In this document: one piece after another, positions 10,238-20,723 of the stretch
Position numbering within the stretch: the first letter of the stretch is position 1
Layout of the letters: each line of letters opens with the position of its first letter
Virus record (IMG/VR): IMGVR_UViG_3300032083_003901
Span: 1-64,000 of that record
Length of the DNA: 64,000 nt
Source: a virus
Direction: 5' to 3' (one strand)
Translations under genes and position numbers: made by a program
The notes under the pieces: generated by a model
Databases searched by the model: none
Seen by the model: the letters and a program-made list of their open reading frames with translations, nothing else
What the model was told of the DNA's origin: nothing

Positions 10238-10531
10238 ATGGCAATTAGCAGATACGACGAAGACAATTTTGTGCAGGGCGGCAAGCTTTTAGGCACCAAT
10301 CAAGCCATCGTGCGCTTGCGAGACGCGATCAACAACGGTGCCGTTTCCACATTTGAAACGATCACCACCAATGCCGAGCGCTTGGATATTATAGCTGGTC
10401 GCCAGTACGGCGACGGCCGACTGTGGTGGGTGATTGCAGCGGCTAGCGGAGTTGGTTGGTGGCCACAGGTGCCGGCCGGCACCAGATTGGTTGTGCCTAG
10501 TGACATCTCCGAGGTAGAGGCAGCGCTGTGA
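10238..10531 (+). CDS. LysM-like baseplate wedge protein (gp53 / tail protein X-like)
   Basis: ERLDIIAGRQYGDGRLWWVIAAA...GTRLVVP motif. Confidence 0.88.
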   Translation: MAISRYDEDNFVQGGKLLGTNQAIVRLRDAINNGAVSTFETITTNAERLDIIAGRQYGDGRLWWVIAAASGVGWWPQVPAGTRLVVPSDISEVEAAL

Positions 10532-13455
10532 AGCCAACTGATGCCAGAAGGGCTTACAACGAACTGGCCAAGTATTTTGGCCTGCGTGCTAGAGATGCAT
10601 TTCTCAATGCTGCAGACGGCAAGAGTGATGGTGGCGCCGGCCCCGGCGACAAAAATCCAAAATCCGAATTCTTGAATGCCATCTTTAGCCAGTCCACGTC
10701 TGGGTTTGCAGACAACGCTAAATTATCTGACTTGGCAAAAAATTTAGTTTCTGATGATTTTTGTGCCATCACCCAAGACGGAACGAAATTTGATAAGATC
10801 GATTATAAAAAAAAGTCAGACCAGGGCTGGGGTGTTGGAACAGGAAATGTCAAAATAAGCGATTTTGCCGCTATAAACGATGAAGGCAACGTAATGGCCC
10901 TGCAGATCTTTCCAATCAATGTCGGCTTGGACATTACAGACACTGAAATTACGTCACTGTTTCTCAACTCTCTAAACACGCTGTCCATCTCTCAGGCTGT
11001 TCCGTACATGGATGTGCAACTCATCACAGCAGTCCCAGAAGGAGACGGCAATTTCAAAAGTGCGCCGAAAATGTCACTGGGAAAATTTCTTGGCGCTGGT
11101 GACGAGTCGAATGATGCCATGCTGGGTCGATTCACACAGAACCCAGCAGTCAAGGGAGCCAACGACGCCACGTTAGGCACTGTGGCCGGCATGGAAATAT
11201 TCACCACGCCGCAGACGCTAGTCGACTCCACCAACGTGTCCTATTCCCGGGAAAAGGGCGGACCCATCGATAAGTTCCGACCGTTTATGGCAATTGAAGG
11301 TATCACGATCACCGATTCTTTTTCTGGCGCTGGCACCATTTCTTACAAGTCGGCCGAGATGAACCTGATCCTTTTCGACAAGGGGCGGCTCAACGAGATC
11401 TCCGAGTTCGTGGCCCCAAGAAGAGACCCAAACGTTAAGTTCCAGATCACTTACGGCTGGTCTCACCCTGATGGCGGCAATCTGTCCAGGCCGGCTGACT
11501 CTGACGCGGAAGCCCGGATAGGCACGCTTGTGGATTCCATGAGAGTTTCAGAGCTCTACACGCTGGTCAACAGCAACTACAACATCAATGCCGATGGTAC
11601 TGTCAATATCGGCTTGACACTTTCCATGGACGCCACCAATCAAATCAGGTCCAAGACGCTGATGGGTACAGCATTTTCCATTTCATCAACCCCGGGTATC
11701 GATGTCAATGACCTCAATCGGCAGCTGGAAGACATAAAGAATGCTTTCGCTGATGTGGTCTTTCCTGGCAACGCCAGAATTGACTTACCAACTTTTGTGC
11801 AGTCTCCTGACATTGGCAGTATCATCAGCATGGATTCAGAAAGTGTTAAAAAACTCAGGCAGTTTGCCAACAGACTTCGACAATCTAAAAAGCTGCCCGC
11901 CAGTGTTCGTAGTGAGGCTGCTACTTTGATGGCCATATTTGGAAAAAGAGGTACAAGAAAAACTCTTGTAAAAGGCCGCGAAGATCAGGCTACAGGCTTT
12001 GTCAATTTTTTGCGAAAAACTGCCGATCCGTATTTGCGATTTGGCAGTTCAAAGTACGGCGTGCAAGAAGCACATTTCAAAGGTGGCAGAATAAAAAAAC
12101 GAGAAGATGAAGCTGGGGAAGCAAAAAAGCAAACGTACGTCTCCTACGGCAAGCTCATGCTAAGCGTTCTGACTCCAGTGTTGTCAGGTCCGGATACTGA
12201 TTTGCAATTCTTTTTCTCGTCGTTCAATGCCAACGCTGCAGCAGTTTTCGATTATAACATAGCACAGTTTCCAATAGAACTTAACGATTTTGAAAAAGAG
12301 CTCAAAGAGTTTTTGAAAAAGAGGGCACAGGTCACCATCGATGACTTTGTTAGATTTGTGTCGGAAAAGTTTCTTACTTTTGACGGGGCCCGGGCGTTTG
12401 GTATGTCTAACGTCGTCAAGCCAAACGAGCGAAAGGAGGTAGGCAGTACACAATCAGTCGCATCAAAAGCCACCCGAAGACTGTTCAGCTCCAAAGACCC
12501 TGCTGATGCTCTAAAGCTGCAAAAAATCCAGAGAGACAACTTGCTGGCAATTTATGGCCAGAAAAGAAAGCGACCGCTCTACGTGAAGCCCCGAGTTAGC
12601 ATGCGAATTGTCACCAGAAAATCTAGTAGTGACCCAAGTAAAAGCGTGACCCGAGTATACTTTCAGGATCTCACAGCCGGACAACAGACAACAACAGCAC
12701 AGGCCTTGATAGATCTCATGCGTAGTGGTGTCACTGATGAGCCCGACTATTCGTCTACAGTGAAAGATAAAAAAAGAACGCCTAGGCACAACGAAGCTTT
12801 CAGCGGCAACTTAAAAAAACTTGTGGATCTCAAATATATTGTCAAGGCTTCAGACCAAAATACAAATGATGATGAGAAAGTGAAAGATGCCATCAAAAAA
12901 TCGCTGGAAGACAAACTCAAAGGCAATGACAAGGACGCAAGAATAAAGGAAATTCTCGATAGTTTGGACCAAAAATATTTTCTAAATACCGATGCCCCTA
13001 GTTTGAGAAAGTTCTTTTTCGAAAATTCACCTTATCTGCTGCACGGCACAGAAGCATCAGGCATCATTGAAGCATCGATGTCTGCCGAAGCCGATGATAA
13101 TCTGACGTCAATCTTTCTGGCACAGAGGTATTCAGGCAAGGGTGACTTGTCAGCTCCACAACAGTCAACGAACCTGCCTTTCATGGTGCATCCAGCGACT
13201 TTATCGATAACCACGTTCGGCTGTCCCACGCTAAATCTGGCACAAAAGTATTTCGTCGACTATGCTACTAATACCACGCTGGACAACTATTACAACGTTG
13301 TTTCGGTTAGCCACAAGATTGACGCAACCGGTTACACGACGAGTGCAGAGCTCAAACCTGCCAACGCTTACGGATCCTACGCTAACATCGAAGATCGCTT
13401 GGCTGACATACTGATCTTGGCTTATAAAAGCGAGAAAAAGAAAGCCAAAAAATAG
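10528..13455 (+). CDS. Baseplate hub protein (gp27/gpD/VgrG-like), putative
   Basis: 975 aa after LysM wedge gene. ITYGWSHP, and C-terminal LSITTFGCP..YNVVSVSHKID..YTTSAEL typical of hub proteins. Confidence 0.65.
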   Translation: MKPTDARRAYNELAKYFGLRARDAFLNAADGKSDGGAGPGDKNPKSEFLNAIFSQSTSGFADNAKLSDLAKNLVSDDFCAITQDGTKFDKIDYKKKSDQGWGVGTGNVKISDFAAINDEGNVMALQIFPINVGLDITDTEITSLFLNSLNTLSISQAVPYMDVQLITAVPEGDGNFKSAPKMSLGKFLGAGDESNDAMLGRFTQNPAVKGANDATLGTVAGMEIFTTPQTLVDSTNVSYSREKGGPIDKFRPFMAIEGITITDSFSGAGTISYKSAEMNLILFDKGRLNEISEFVAPRRDPNVKFQITYGWSHPDGGNLSRPADSDAEARIGTLVDSMRVSELYTLVNSNYNINADGTVNIGLTLSMDATNQIRSKTLMGTAFSISSTPGIDVNDLNRQLEDIKNAFADVVFPGNARIDLPTFVQSPDIGSIISMDSESVKKLRQFANRLRQSKKLPASVRSEAATLMAIFGKRGTRKTLVKGREDQATGFVNFLRKTADPYLRFGSSKYGVQEAHFKGGRIKKREDEAGEAKKQTYVSYGKLMLSVLTPVLSGPDTDLQFFFSSFNANAAAVFDYNIAQFPIELNDFEKELKEFLKKRAQVTIDDFVRFVSEKFLTFDGARAFGMSNVVKPNERKEVGSTQSVASKATRRLFSSKDPADALKLQKIQRDNLLAIYGQKRKRPLYVKPRVSMRIVTRKSSSDPSKSVTRVYFQDLTAGQQTTTAQALIDLMRSGVTDEPDYSSTVKDKKRTPRHNEAFSGNLKKLVDLKYIVKASDQNTNDDEKVKDAIKKSLEDKLKGNDKDARIKEILDSLDQKYFLNTDAPSLRKFFFENSPYLLHGTEASGIIEASMSAEADDNLTSIFLAQRYSGKGDLSAPQQSTNLPFMVHPATLSITTFGCPTLNLAQKYFVDYATNTTLDNYYNVVSVSHKIDATGYTTSAELKPANAYGSYANIEDRLADILILAYKSEKKKAKK

Positions 13456-13457
13456 TT

Positions 13458-13486
13458 TTGAAATATTTTGCCATTTCTAGAATAAT
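13458..13486 (+). promoter_or_regulatory. Sigma70-like promoter TTGAAA-N17-AATAAT at start of replication module
   Basis: AT-rich intergenic gap; ATG 13493 lies 6 nt past the -10 box. Confidence 0.45.
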
Positions 13487-13492
13487 GAATCC

Positions 13493-14602
13493 ATGCGTGT
13501 ATTCGAAAGAGTCAAAGGCAGGGACATAGTACTGGCTGACGTTGATGCTGTGGATTCTGGCGTCACTTTGTCTTGGTCGGCTGCAGCTGAATTTCTGACT
13601 ATCGTTACTGGCTTTGAGCAGCCTACCCTACCGGCCGAAATTGAGTCAATGTGCAGTCTACTACAAGCACCGGCTTCTACTTGGCCGCTTTTGCTGCCCA
13701 AACAGAGAAGGCAAGAAATAGTCAACATGCGTCAGAGCCAGTTGGAAAGCACGTTCGAAGACGGTCGCATGTTAGAGTATTTTAATACTTGGCTGCAGGG
13801 TCGTAGATTTTTGGACCGCCTAGGTCGCATGCGCATTGATCTGCCCAAGTTCCAGGAATTCACTGACAGCAAAGCTGCAATAGAGCGTATCCACCCTAAA
13901 ACCGGTGCAACAAACGTCAGATACAACACTGCTGGCTCGACGACTGGCCGGCTAACAATAACAGATGGTCCCAATTTTCTAGTTCTTCCAAAAGAGACGC
14001 GTAGATGCCTTCTAAAGGACTTTTCTGATTCTGCCATATACTCTATTGACTTTACGTCTTTGGAGCCGCGTGTGACATTCTGGCTGTCTTCTAACGACCT
14101 TTCCGAGGAAGATGTTTATGAAGAAGTCATGAACATGTGCGATATCGAAGATCGCGAGACTGCCAAGCTAGCCACGCTGTCAACACTCTACGGAGCTGGA
14201 GCCCAGAGGTTGGCTACAACAGTCGGTTCTCTGCGTCAAGCCAAACAGATGATGGAACGTGTTTCCCGATATTTCGGAGTACCGGATATTGAAAATAAGC
14301 TAGCTATCCAAGCCGAGAATGGTGGCGTCAAGAATCACTTCGGTCGACCGCTGCATGAAGCCACTAAGAATAAGCGAGTCAGGCTTAACCATTACGTTCA
14401 GTCAACAGCTGCTGAGCTAGCTGTGTTGATGTTTGCCAAGCTTTGTGCAGAACATCCAGCTGTTAAGCCTTTGCTTGTGATTCACGATGCCCTAATTGTC
14501 GAAGTGCCCAAGTCTGCTGAAGACTACTTTTTTGCAGCGTGCGAAAATATGCGATATGAAGGCTTCTGGTTCCCGACAAAGAGAGAACGTTTAGATAATT
14601 AA
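13493..14602 (+). CDS. Minimal family-A DNA polymerase (polymerase domain only)
   Basis: TTGRL..PN, motif A DFTSLEPR, motif B RETAKLATLSTLYG, NHYVQSTAAE, motif C IHDAL. No exonuclease domains recognised. Confidence 0.85.
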   Translation: MRVFERVKGRDIVLADVDAVDSGVTLSWSAAAEFLTIVTGFEQPTLPAEIESMCSLLQAPASTWPLLLPKQRRQEIVNMRQSQLESTFEDGRMLEYFNTWLQGRRFLDRLGRMRIDLPKFQEFTDSKAAIERIHPKTGATNVRYNTAGSTTGRLTITDGPNFLVLPKETRRCLLKDFSDSAIYSIDFTSLEPRVTFWLSSNDLSEEDVYEEVMNMCDIEDRETAKLATLSTLYGAGAQRLATTVGSLRQAKQMMERVSRYFGVPDIENKLAIQAENGGVKNHFGRPLHEATKNKRVRLNHYVQSTAAELAVLMFAKLCAEHPAVKPLLVIHDALIVEVPKSAEDYFFAACENMRYEGFWFPTKRERLDN

Positions 14603-14617
14603 GGGCAGCGGGAGAAC

Positions 14618-15208
14618 ATGATGCGTTACTCAAAACTAGACCAGATGATAAAAGAAGCTGCACTCGAACTCTTCGCAGAGCAGCAAAATCCTGAGAAGCC
14701 GAAGGAAGAAAAGAGTGCTTACGAAAAAGCTACTGAAAAGTACGACGAGAAGAAAGCCAAAGAAAAAGAAGCCAAGGAAAAGAAAAAAACTAGTTCTAAT
14801 AACAATAAAATTGTCGTAGAAAAACCAGGTGGCGGCAGATATCTAGAGTTAGTTAGAGCAAAAGAAACTCGAGTAAACAATGACCCAGAGGGCCTTATGA
14901 ACGACCTGAAAGTTAGGGCAGCATCTGGTTCTACAGATCTAGAAAAGGCAACTAGCATACTGATGCAAGCCATTCAGAAAAACGATATCATGAGAGAAGC
15001 ATTTGGCATGCCATCTGTAAAAACTGTTGGAGACTCAAAAAGAGTGGAGATTCCAATAAAGTCCAGTGAGATCTCACAGAGAAATGGCACCAAATTTCTT
15101 TACCTTACTCTGTTAGGCGCTGAAGCAGCAAACCTTCTGTCGATGAAAGATGGCATTAAATTCGTTGCTAGAAATACTGTAGCAGTTCCTACAATGGCTG
15201 AATTGTAA
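14618..15208 (+). CDS. Hypothetical protein, possibly virion-associated
   Basis: GGAG RBS. N-terminal LDQMIKEAALE leader resembles the late-protein motif. Preceded by ATAATTA. Confidence 0.65.
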   Translation: MMRYSKLDQMIKEAALELFAEQQNPEKPKEEKSAYEKATEKYDEKKAKEKEAKEKKKTSSNNNKIVVEKPGGGRYLELVRAKETRVNNDPEGLMNDLKVRAASGSTDLEKATSILMQAIQKNDIMREAFGMPSVKTVGDSKRVEIPIKSSEISQRNGTKFLYLTLLGAEAANLLSMKDGIKFVARNTVAVPTMAEL

Positions 15209-15237
15209 ATTTTGCTTTTTTTGTCCATAATAATCAC

Positions 15238-15825
15238 ATGGATACTAACCTAGAAAACATCAAAAATTCTTACGACAAATACATTTCACTGCTTAAGAAG
15301 TTTTTTCCTGACGATGAGTCTCAAGCCGGCATTGATCGGCTAGAAGAAGAGTTGGGAGAACGATTGGCATTGTGCCCTCGCGAGCTAACGCCGGACAAGG
15401 GCGGAACCCCTGGCGGCCTCATTGCTTTTGCGCTAAACACGGCAAAGCATGCAAAAGCATTTGATGCCAAAGTGGATCCTAAGAGCTTGGCTCGCGTTGC
15501 CCTAGTTCACGAGCTGGGACGATTGGGAGATCCGGGAGAAGGCATGGACCTCTTCATTCCAGAGGAGTCAGATTGGCATCGAGAAAAATTGGGCCGCTAC
15601 TACAAGTACAACGACAAGTGCCCCAAGATGTCGGTTGCGCACCGAACCCTTTTCTACATTTCTCGTTACAAGCTGGATGTGACCAAAGACGAGTGGGTTG
15701 CTTTGGCTACCTCTGCAGGCTTTCAGTACGATGAAAATCGATTCTATGCTAACGAGACTTTGCCTTTGGCACAAGCACTTCACACAGCAAGAACTTTTGC
15801 TTTATCTGATCTAAAAGACCAGTAA
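15238..15825 (+). CDS. HD-domain-like protein, apparently degenerate
   Basis: VALVHELGRLG aligns with the usual HDLGK motif; later His/Asp metal-ligand positions also altered. Confidence 0.6.
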   Translation: MDTNLENIKNSYDKYISLLKKFFPDDESQAGIDRLEEELGERLALCPRELTPDKGGTPGGLIAFALNTAKHAKAFDAKVDPKSLARVALVHELGRLGDPGEGMDLFIPEESDWHREKLGRYYKYNDKCPKMSVAHRTLFYISRYKLDVTKDEWVALATSAGFQYDENRFYANETLPLAQALHTARTFALSDLKDQ

Positions 15826-15841
15826 GGTCATATTTATAAGC

Positions 15842-16114
15842 ATGAAGAAAAGTCTGTGGCAGTACGTAAACTGGATGCTCAACGAAGGCGCCGACGAACC
15901 CGAAGGCGATCTTTTGACTGAGCCTGATCTTCCGGACGAGGAAGAAGAGGAGCAGGCAGAGCAGAGCGTATCTAGTGCTATAGCAGGAGCCACAACTCCA
16001 CTCGGCACAGATGCAACGTATCCAAACGCGCAAGCCGGTCGACGCAAGTCGCCGGCTGAAGCTGCCGGCGACGCTTTTGGTGGTGCGCGACCACCCAAAA
16101 AAATGCGCAAATAA
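15842..16114 (+). CDS. Small acidic hypothetical protein, probably late
   Basis: ATATTTA 5 nt upstream of ATG. LNE motif followed by acidic tract. Confidence 0.65.
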   Translation: MKKSLWQYVNWMLNEGADEPEGDLLTEPDLPDEEEEEQAEQSVSSAIAGATTPLGTDATYPNAQAGRRKSPAEAAGDAFGGARPPKKMRK

Positions 16115-16225
16115 TTTTGAATATTGAACTTTAATTTTTTAGTATTATACCGCAAGCAAAACAAAGTATGAATTTATAATTTGTGTATTGCTTTATTGCC
16201 AATTTAGACATATGGAGGTTAGAAA

Positions 16226-17011
16226 ATGGCAGTCAATCTAGAAGCACTTCAAAAGAAGCTCAACCAACTTAGCGGCGTAAACACGCGCAAAAACATTATG
16301 TGGCGCCCGCCTGAGGGTGAAGAGACCACAATTCGAATTGTCGCCTTTCCAGACAACGATGGTCAGCCTTTCAAAGAGCGCTACTTTTACTACAATATCG
16401 GCAATAACCCAGGCCTACTTGCCCCTTACCAGTTTGGCAAGCCTGATCCGTTCCAGGAGCTCATTACTAAGCTTCGCAGCGATGATTCAAAAGAGTCTTA
16501 CGAGCTGGCGAAGAAGCTCTATCCTAAGATGCGATCTTATGCAGCAGTTATCGTTCGAGGCGAGGAAGACAAGGGCGTTCGACTCTGGTCTTTCGGCAAG
16601 ACCGTTTATCAGGATCTGCTAAAGATCATGCTTGATGCTGACTATGGCGACATTACTGATCTCAACGAGGGCTTTGACATCAAGGTTAGCTGCACCAAGC
16701 AGCCTGGTCGTATGTGGGCTGAGACGTCAGTTCGTCCTCGACCTAAGTCGACTGCACTATCGACCGATAAGAAGCAGATCAAAGAGTGGACTAGCAACAT
16801 TCCTGACCTGGATGAAATGTACACCTGCAAGTCGTATGATGAGCTTGAGAAAATCATCAATACTTGGCTTGAGGATCCAAATGCCGACGACGGGTCAACT
16901 CGTGGCTTTTCGTCTAACAATACAGAGTCGACTAGCAGCTCTAGTTCCACCAGCAATACGTCAACAATGAAAGACTTGGACGACGCTTTTGCGGATCTAG
17001 AAAATCTCTAA
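16226..17011 (+). CDS. Single-stranded DNA-binding protein (T4 gp32-like)
   Basis: TIRIVAFP, RGEEDKGVRLWSFGKTVYQ, YGDITD..GFDI, acidic tail DLDDAFADL. GGAGG RBS. Adjacent to RecA. Confidence 0.85.
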   Translation: MAVNLEALQKKLNQLSGVNTRKNIMWRPPEGEETTIRIVAFPDNDGQPFKERYFYYNIGNNPGLLAPYQFGKPDPFQELITKLRSDDSKESYELAKKLYPKMRSYAAVIVRGEEDKGVRLWSFGKTVYQDLLKIMLDADYGDITDLNEGFDIKVSCTKQPGRMWAETSVRPRPKSTALSTDKKQIKEWTSNIPDLDEMYTCKSYDELEKIINTWLEDPNADDGSTRGFSSNNTESTSSSSSTSNTSTMKDLDDAFADLENL

Positions 17012-17033
17012 TTCTCTAAAACTATAGAGAACG

Positions 17034-17070
17034 AACTGGGCGGCATGCAAAAAGTGTGCGGCCCAGTTTT
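17034..17070 (+). terminator. Rho-independent terminator after SSB gene
   Basis: AACTGGGC..GCA / TGC..GCCCAGTT stem followed by Ts. Confidence 0.65.
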
Positions 17071-17116
17071 GTTTAATAGCCTTTCTAGTTCTATAATCAC
17101 TCAGGAGGTTTGATAG

Positions 17117-18307
17117 ATGGCAAAAAAGAAAAATAACGCAATGGATAGCTTCACAGAAGATCTGATCAAGTCGATCAACAAGGATCACGGATCGAAGATC
17201 GCCTACAATCTCGAGCACGATGTTTCTCCGACGCACGTCAAGCGCTGGATCAAAACAGGATCAACGCAGCTCGATTATATTATTTCTAACCGAAGAGATG
17301 GCGGTATGCCAGAAGGTCGAATCGTAGAGATCTTTGGTCCTCCATCTATTGGCAAGTCGCATATCGCAATTCAGATTGCAAAGTCTACGCAAGATATGGG
17401 CGGCATTGTTGTTTACATCGATACGGAGAATGCGACTAGCGTAGAAAACCTTTCTTTACTAGGCGTTGACATTAGTAAAAGATTCGTTTATGTCGATACT
17501 CATTGTACCGAAGAGGTTTTGGCTATTGCTGAATCGACAATTCTAAAAGCCAAAGCAATGGACAAAGATGTTCCAGTCACGATTATCTGGGATTCTGTCG
17601 CAGCAACTTCTCCTAAAGCAGAGTTGATTGGCGATTACGACAAAGAAACTATCGGCTTGCAAGCTCGAGCAATTTCAAAAGGCATGCGAAAAATCACAGG
17701 CGTGATTGCAAACCAAAATGTTTTGATGATTTGCTTGAATCAGATTCGAACTAAAATTGGAGTCATGTATGGAGATCCTACTACTACACCCGGCGGTAAG
17801 GCAATCCCTTTTCACTCGTCTGTACGAATCAAACTGGGTGCAGGACAACAAATTACCAACAAAGACAAAGAAGTAATTGGAATCAACGTTTCTGCTAAGA
17901 CTATCAAGAATAAAGTCTCTGCGCCTTTTAGAACCTGTAATTTCGAGATTCACTTTGGCGTGGGTATCAAAGAGCACGAGCAGTTGTTTGACGTTCTTCG
18001 AAAGGCTGGCGAAACTACAGTCAACGGCAAAACCATTGCAATCTCAGGCACCGGAGCTTGGAAGACATTGTTGGTCAGCGATGCTGAAACTGGAGAGGTC
18101 GTTGTAGAGAAGAAGTTCTATAAGGCTGATTTTGATCAAGTCTTGGCAGACCCAGAGTACAAGCAATATCTCGATGATTTGACAGAACAGGCTTTCGTAA
18201 AGAAAATGAAAGATCCTGATGAGATTGACATCGATACTGAATCTTACGAAGAAGTAAGAGCTGTTGCAGATGATATGGAAGAAGCTTTAGCTGATCTAGA
18301 CATTTGA
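17117..18307 (+). CDS. recA: RecA/UvsX recombinase
   Basis: GGMPEGRIVEIFGPPSIGKS (Walker A), YIDTENA, WDSVAA, NQIRTKIG..TTPGGKAIPFHSSVRI. Confidence 0.95.
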   Translation: MAKKKNNAMDSFTEDLIKSINKDHGSKIAYNLEHDVSPTHVKRWIKTGSTQLDYIISNRRDGGMPEGRIVEIFGPPSIGKSHIAIQIAKSTQDMGGIVVYIDTENATSVENLSLLGVDISKRFVYVDTHCTEEVLAIAESTILKAKAMDKDVPVTIIWDSVAATSPKAELIGDYDKETIGLQARAISKGMRKITGVIANQNVLMICLNQIRTKIGVMYGDPTTTPGGKAIPFHSSVRIKLGAGQQITNKDKEVIGINVSAKTIKNKVSAPFRTCNFEIHFGVGIKEHEQLFDVLRKAGETTVNGKTIAISGTGAWKTLLVSDAETGEVVVEKKFYKADFDQVLADPEYKQYLDDLTEQAFVKKMKDPDEIDIDTESYEEVRAVADDMEEALADLDI

Positions 18308-18324
18308 TTTCTTGGAGTTTTTGA

Positions 18325-19293
18325 ATGAAAAAGGAGACTGCTATCGATAAGCCAGTTCTTCTTGTTGATGGCCTGAATGTCTTTATGAGACATTTTTGCG
18401 CAAATCCGTCGATGTCCGAAAATGGAGAACACGTCGGCGGATTTGTAGGCTTCATCAAAGGTCTGGGGTTGCTTTGTGAAAAATTTTCACCGCAGCGCAT
18501 TATTGTAGTCTGGGAATCTGGAGGCAGCAATAGGCGCCGAGCAATCATGGGCTCGTATAAATCTGGCAGACGGCCGGCTGCATTGAATCGTTACTATGAG
18601 AACGATATTCCAGCTACAGCAACCAACCATACGATGCAAGTCAATATGCTAGTCAAAGCTCTTGGTCATCTGCCAGTGACTCAGCTTTATGTCAAAAACT
18701 GTGAAGCTGATGACATTATTGGTTATTTGGTAAGATACGATATTCTAAAATCTCCTATTATGATCGTGTCTTCTGATAAAGATTTGTATCAACTAATAGG
18801 CGAAAGCGTTCTGCAATATTCGCCTGGTCAAAAGAAAGTAATTGATACTTCGGAAGTCCTGCAAAAATTTGGCATTCACCCAACTAACTTTGTGACTGCG
18901 CGCTGTTTCATAGGAGACTCGAGTGACGACGTGTCAGGAATCAAAGGAGCAGGATTCAAGAATATATCTCGTTGGTTTCCTTTTCTGGCTGAATCTGATT
19001 TCCACTCTTGTCAAGACGTAGTGGAACATGCACGGTTTTTGTCTGTAAAAAACAAAGGCAAGACGATTAAAGCAATTGCCGAAGCCGGCACAATGGCTCA
19101 GCAAAACTGGCGCCTGATGCACTTAGACACACAAAACTTGGCAGCAGATCAGGTCAAAAAAATTAGCGATCAACTTGAAAATATTGGAAATTCCAATAAA
19201 ATGGCATTGTTGCGCATGATGGCACAGCATGGCATGCAATCATTTGATATTAGTAGACACTTCGTTGCAATTAATTCCGTGAGGTATAGATGA
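18325..19293 (+). CDS. 5'-3' exonuclease / flap endonuclease (T4 RNase H-like)
   Basis: LLVDGLN, YKSGR, EADDII, SSDKDLYQL, GDSSDDVSGIKG. Confidence 0.92.
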   Translation: MKKETAIDKPVLLVDGLNVFMRHFCANPSMSENGEHVGGFVGFIKGLGLLCEKFSPQRIIVVWESGGSNRRRAIMGSYKSGRRPAALNRYYENDIPATATNHTMQVNMLVKALGHLPVTQLYVKNCEADDIIGYLVRYDILKSPIMIVSSDKDLYQLIGESVLQYSPGQKKVIDTSEVLQKFGIHPTNFVTARCFIGDSSDDVSGIKGAGFKNISRWFPFLAESDFHSCQDVVEHARFLSVKNKGKTIKAIAEAGTMAQQNWRLMHLDTQNLAADQVKKISDQLENIGNSNKMALLRMMAQHGMQSFDISRHFVAINSVRYR

Positions 19294-20723
19294 ATATTCA
19301 AAACCAATTTTTGAGGCAAATAATCGAAAATTCCAGCGAAGTGCACCACTTTTCTAGATATGGAAAGAGCTTCCAGGAAAAAATCTTTCAGGGTCTAATT
19401 TCTGATAAACAGTGGTCTAGTCAAATGGTAGAGGTCATGCGGCCTAACTTTTTTGATGTAGATTATCTGCAGTTTTTGACAGAGAAGTACTTTGCTTACT
19501 ACGAGAAATATCGTTGCTTTCCGACTCTTGGCTTGTTAGTGCAAGTTATCAAAGAGGAGCTTTCTGATGGCAGTGACGATGTACTTCGAGATCAGATCAT
19601 CGAGTTTCTTTTGCGAGTCAAAGCTAATCCCAATCCGGGAGACATCGGCTACGTCAAAGACAAGACTTTAGATTTCTGTAAGCGCCAAGCTTTCAAAGGC
19701 GCACTCGAGAAATCTGTGGATTTGATTCAAGGCGAAAACTTTGAGCAAGTAATCGACCTAATGAAGAATGCTGTCTCTATCGGCATGCAGAATTCTAGTG
19801 GTCACGATTTCTTCGAGGACATTGAGGCTCGATTCGTCAAGATCAATCGCAATGCTGTGCCAACTGGCTTTGACCGACTAGACAAGAAAGACATTTTCAA
19901 AGGCGGCTTGGGCCGTGGTGAGATCGGTGTTGTCACAGCAAATACTGGCGTAGGTAAATCACACTGGCTTGTTGCGGTTGGTGCAAACGCCATGCGTGCC
20001 GGCAAAAACGTTCTTCACTACACATTTGAGCTAACTGAGACTGCAGTCGGCATTCGATATGATTCTAACTTGTGTGGCATTCCAAGTAATGATGTGCAGG
20101 ACAGCAAAGATTTAGTCAAAGACGTTTATCAAAATAAAGATTTAGGCCGACTAATCATTAAAGAATATCCGACTGGCTCTGCTAGCGTTGTTACCCTGAG
20201 AAACCACATTGAAAAATTGTCTCTGAAAGGCTTCAAGCCTAACGTCATTATCATTGACTACGCAGATATTATGAAGTCTACTCGCTCTTATGATAGCTTG
20301 CGACATGAGCTTAAGCTTATTTATGAAGAGTTGAGGAATCTAGCAATGGAGCTGGATATCCCAATTTGGACTGCGTCACAAGCAAATCGTGACAGCGCAC
20401 AGTCGGACATTGTTGGTTTGGAGAATATGTCAGAAGCTTACGGAAAGGCGATGGTTGCAGATGTTGTTATTAGTCTATCCAGAAAAGCAGCTGAAAAATC
20501 AACAGGCATCGGCCGACTGTTTATTGCCAAAAATAGAGCTGGCAAAGACGGCATTGTGTTTCCAATCACAATTGACACATCGATGTCAATGTTTGGCATT
20601 CTTGACGAAACTGCAATGTCTCTAAACGAAGCTACTGAAGCTTCTAACAGCGAGGCAAAAGCTGCGTTGCGTAAAAAGTGGCGCGAAGTAAAAGCCATGG
20701 GAGATGAGGTAGAAGCAGCATGA
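19290..20723 (+). CDS. Replicative DnaB-like helicase (gp41-like)
   Basis: ANTGVGKS Walker [29 protein letters not shown]. Confidence 0.93.
   Translation: MNIQNQFLRQIIENSSEVHHFSRYGKSFQEKIFQGLISDKQWSSQMVEVMRPNFFDVDYLQFLTEKYFAYYEKYRCFPTLGLLVQVIKEELSDGSDDVLRDQIIEFLLRVKANPNPGDIGYVKDKTLDFCKRQAFKGALEKSVDLIQGENFEQVIDLMKNAVSIGMQNSSGHDFFEDIEARFVKINRNAVPTGFDRLDKKDIFKGGLGRGEIGVVTANTGVGKSHWLVAVGANAMRAGKNVLHYTFELTETAVGIRYDSNLCGIPSNDVQDSKDLVKDVYQNKDLGRLIIKEYPTGSASVVTLRNHIEKLSLKGFKPNVIIIDYADIMKSTRSYDSLRHELKLIYEELRNLAMELDIPIWTASQANRDSAQSDIVGLENMSEAYGKAMVADVVISLSRKAAEKSTGIGRLFIAKNRAGKDGIVFPITIDTSMSMFGILDETAMSLNEATEASNSEAKAALRKKWREVKAMGDEVEAA

Noticed and set aside
2165-13229. Numerous minus-strand ORFs of 60-185 aa within tail genes
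   Set aside because: Antisense shadows of long plus-strand genes, with no RBS or recognisable motifs.
1-13455. Bacterial extracellular contractile injection system or tailocin rather than phage
   Set aside because: Contiguous with gp32-like SSB, phage-type helicase, topoisomerase and a complete replication set, as expected for a large phage.
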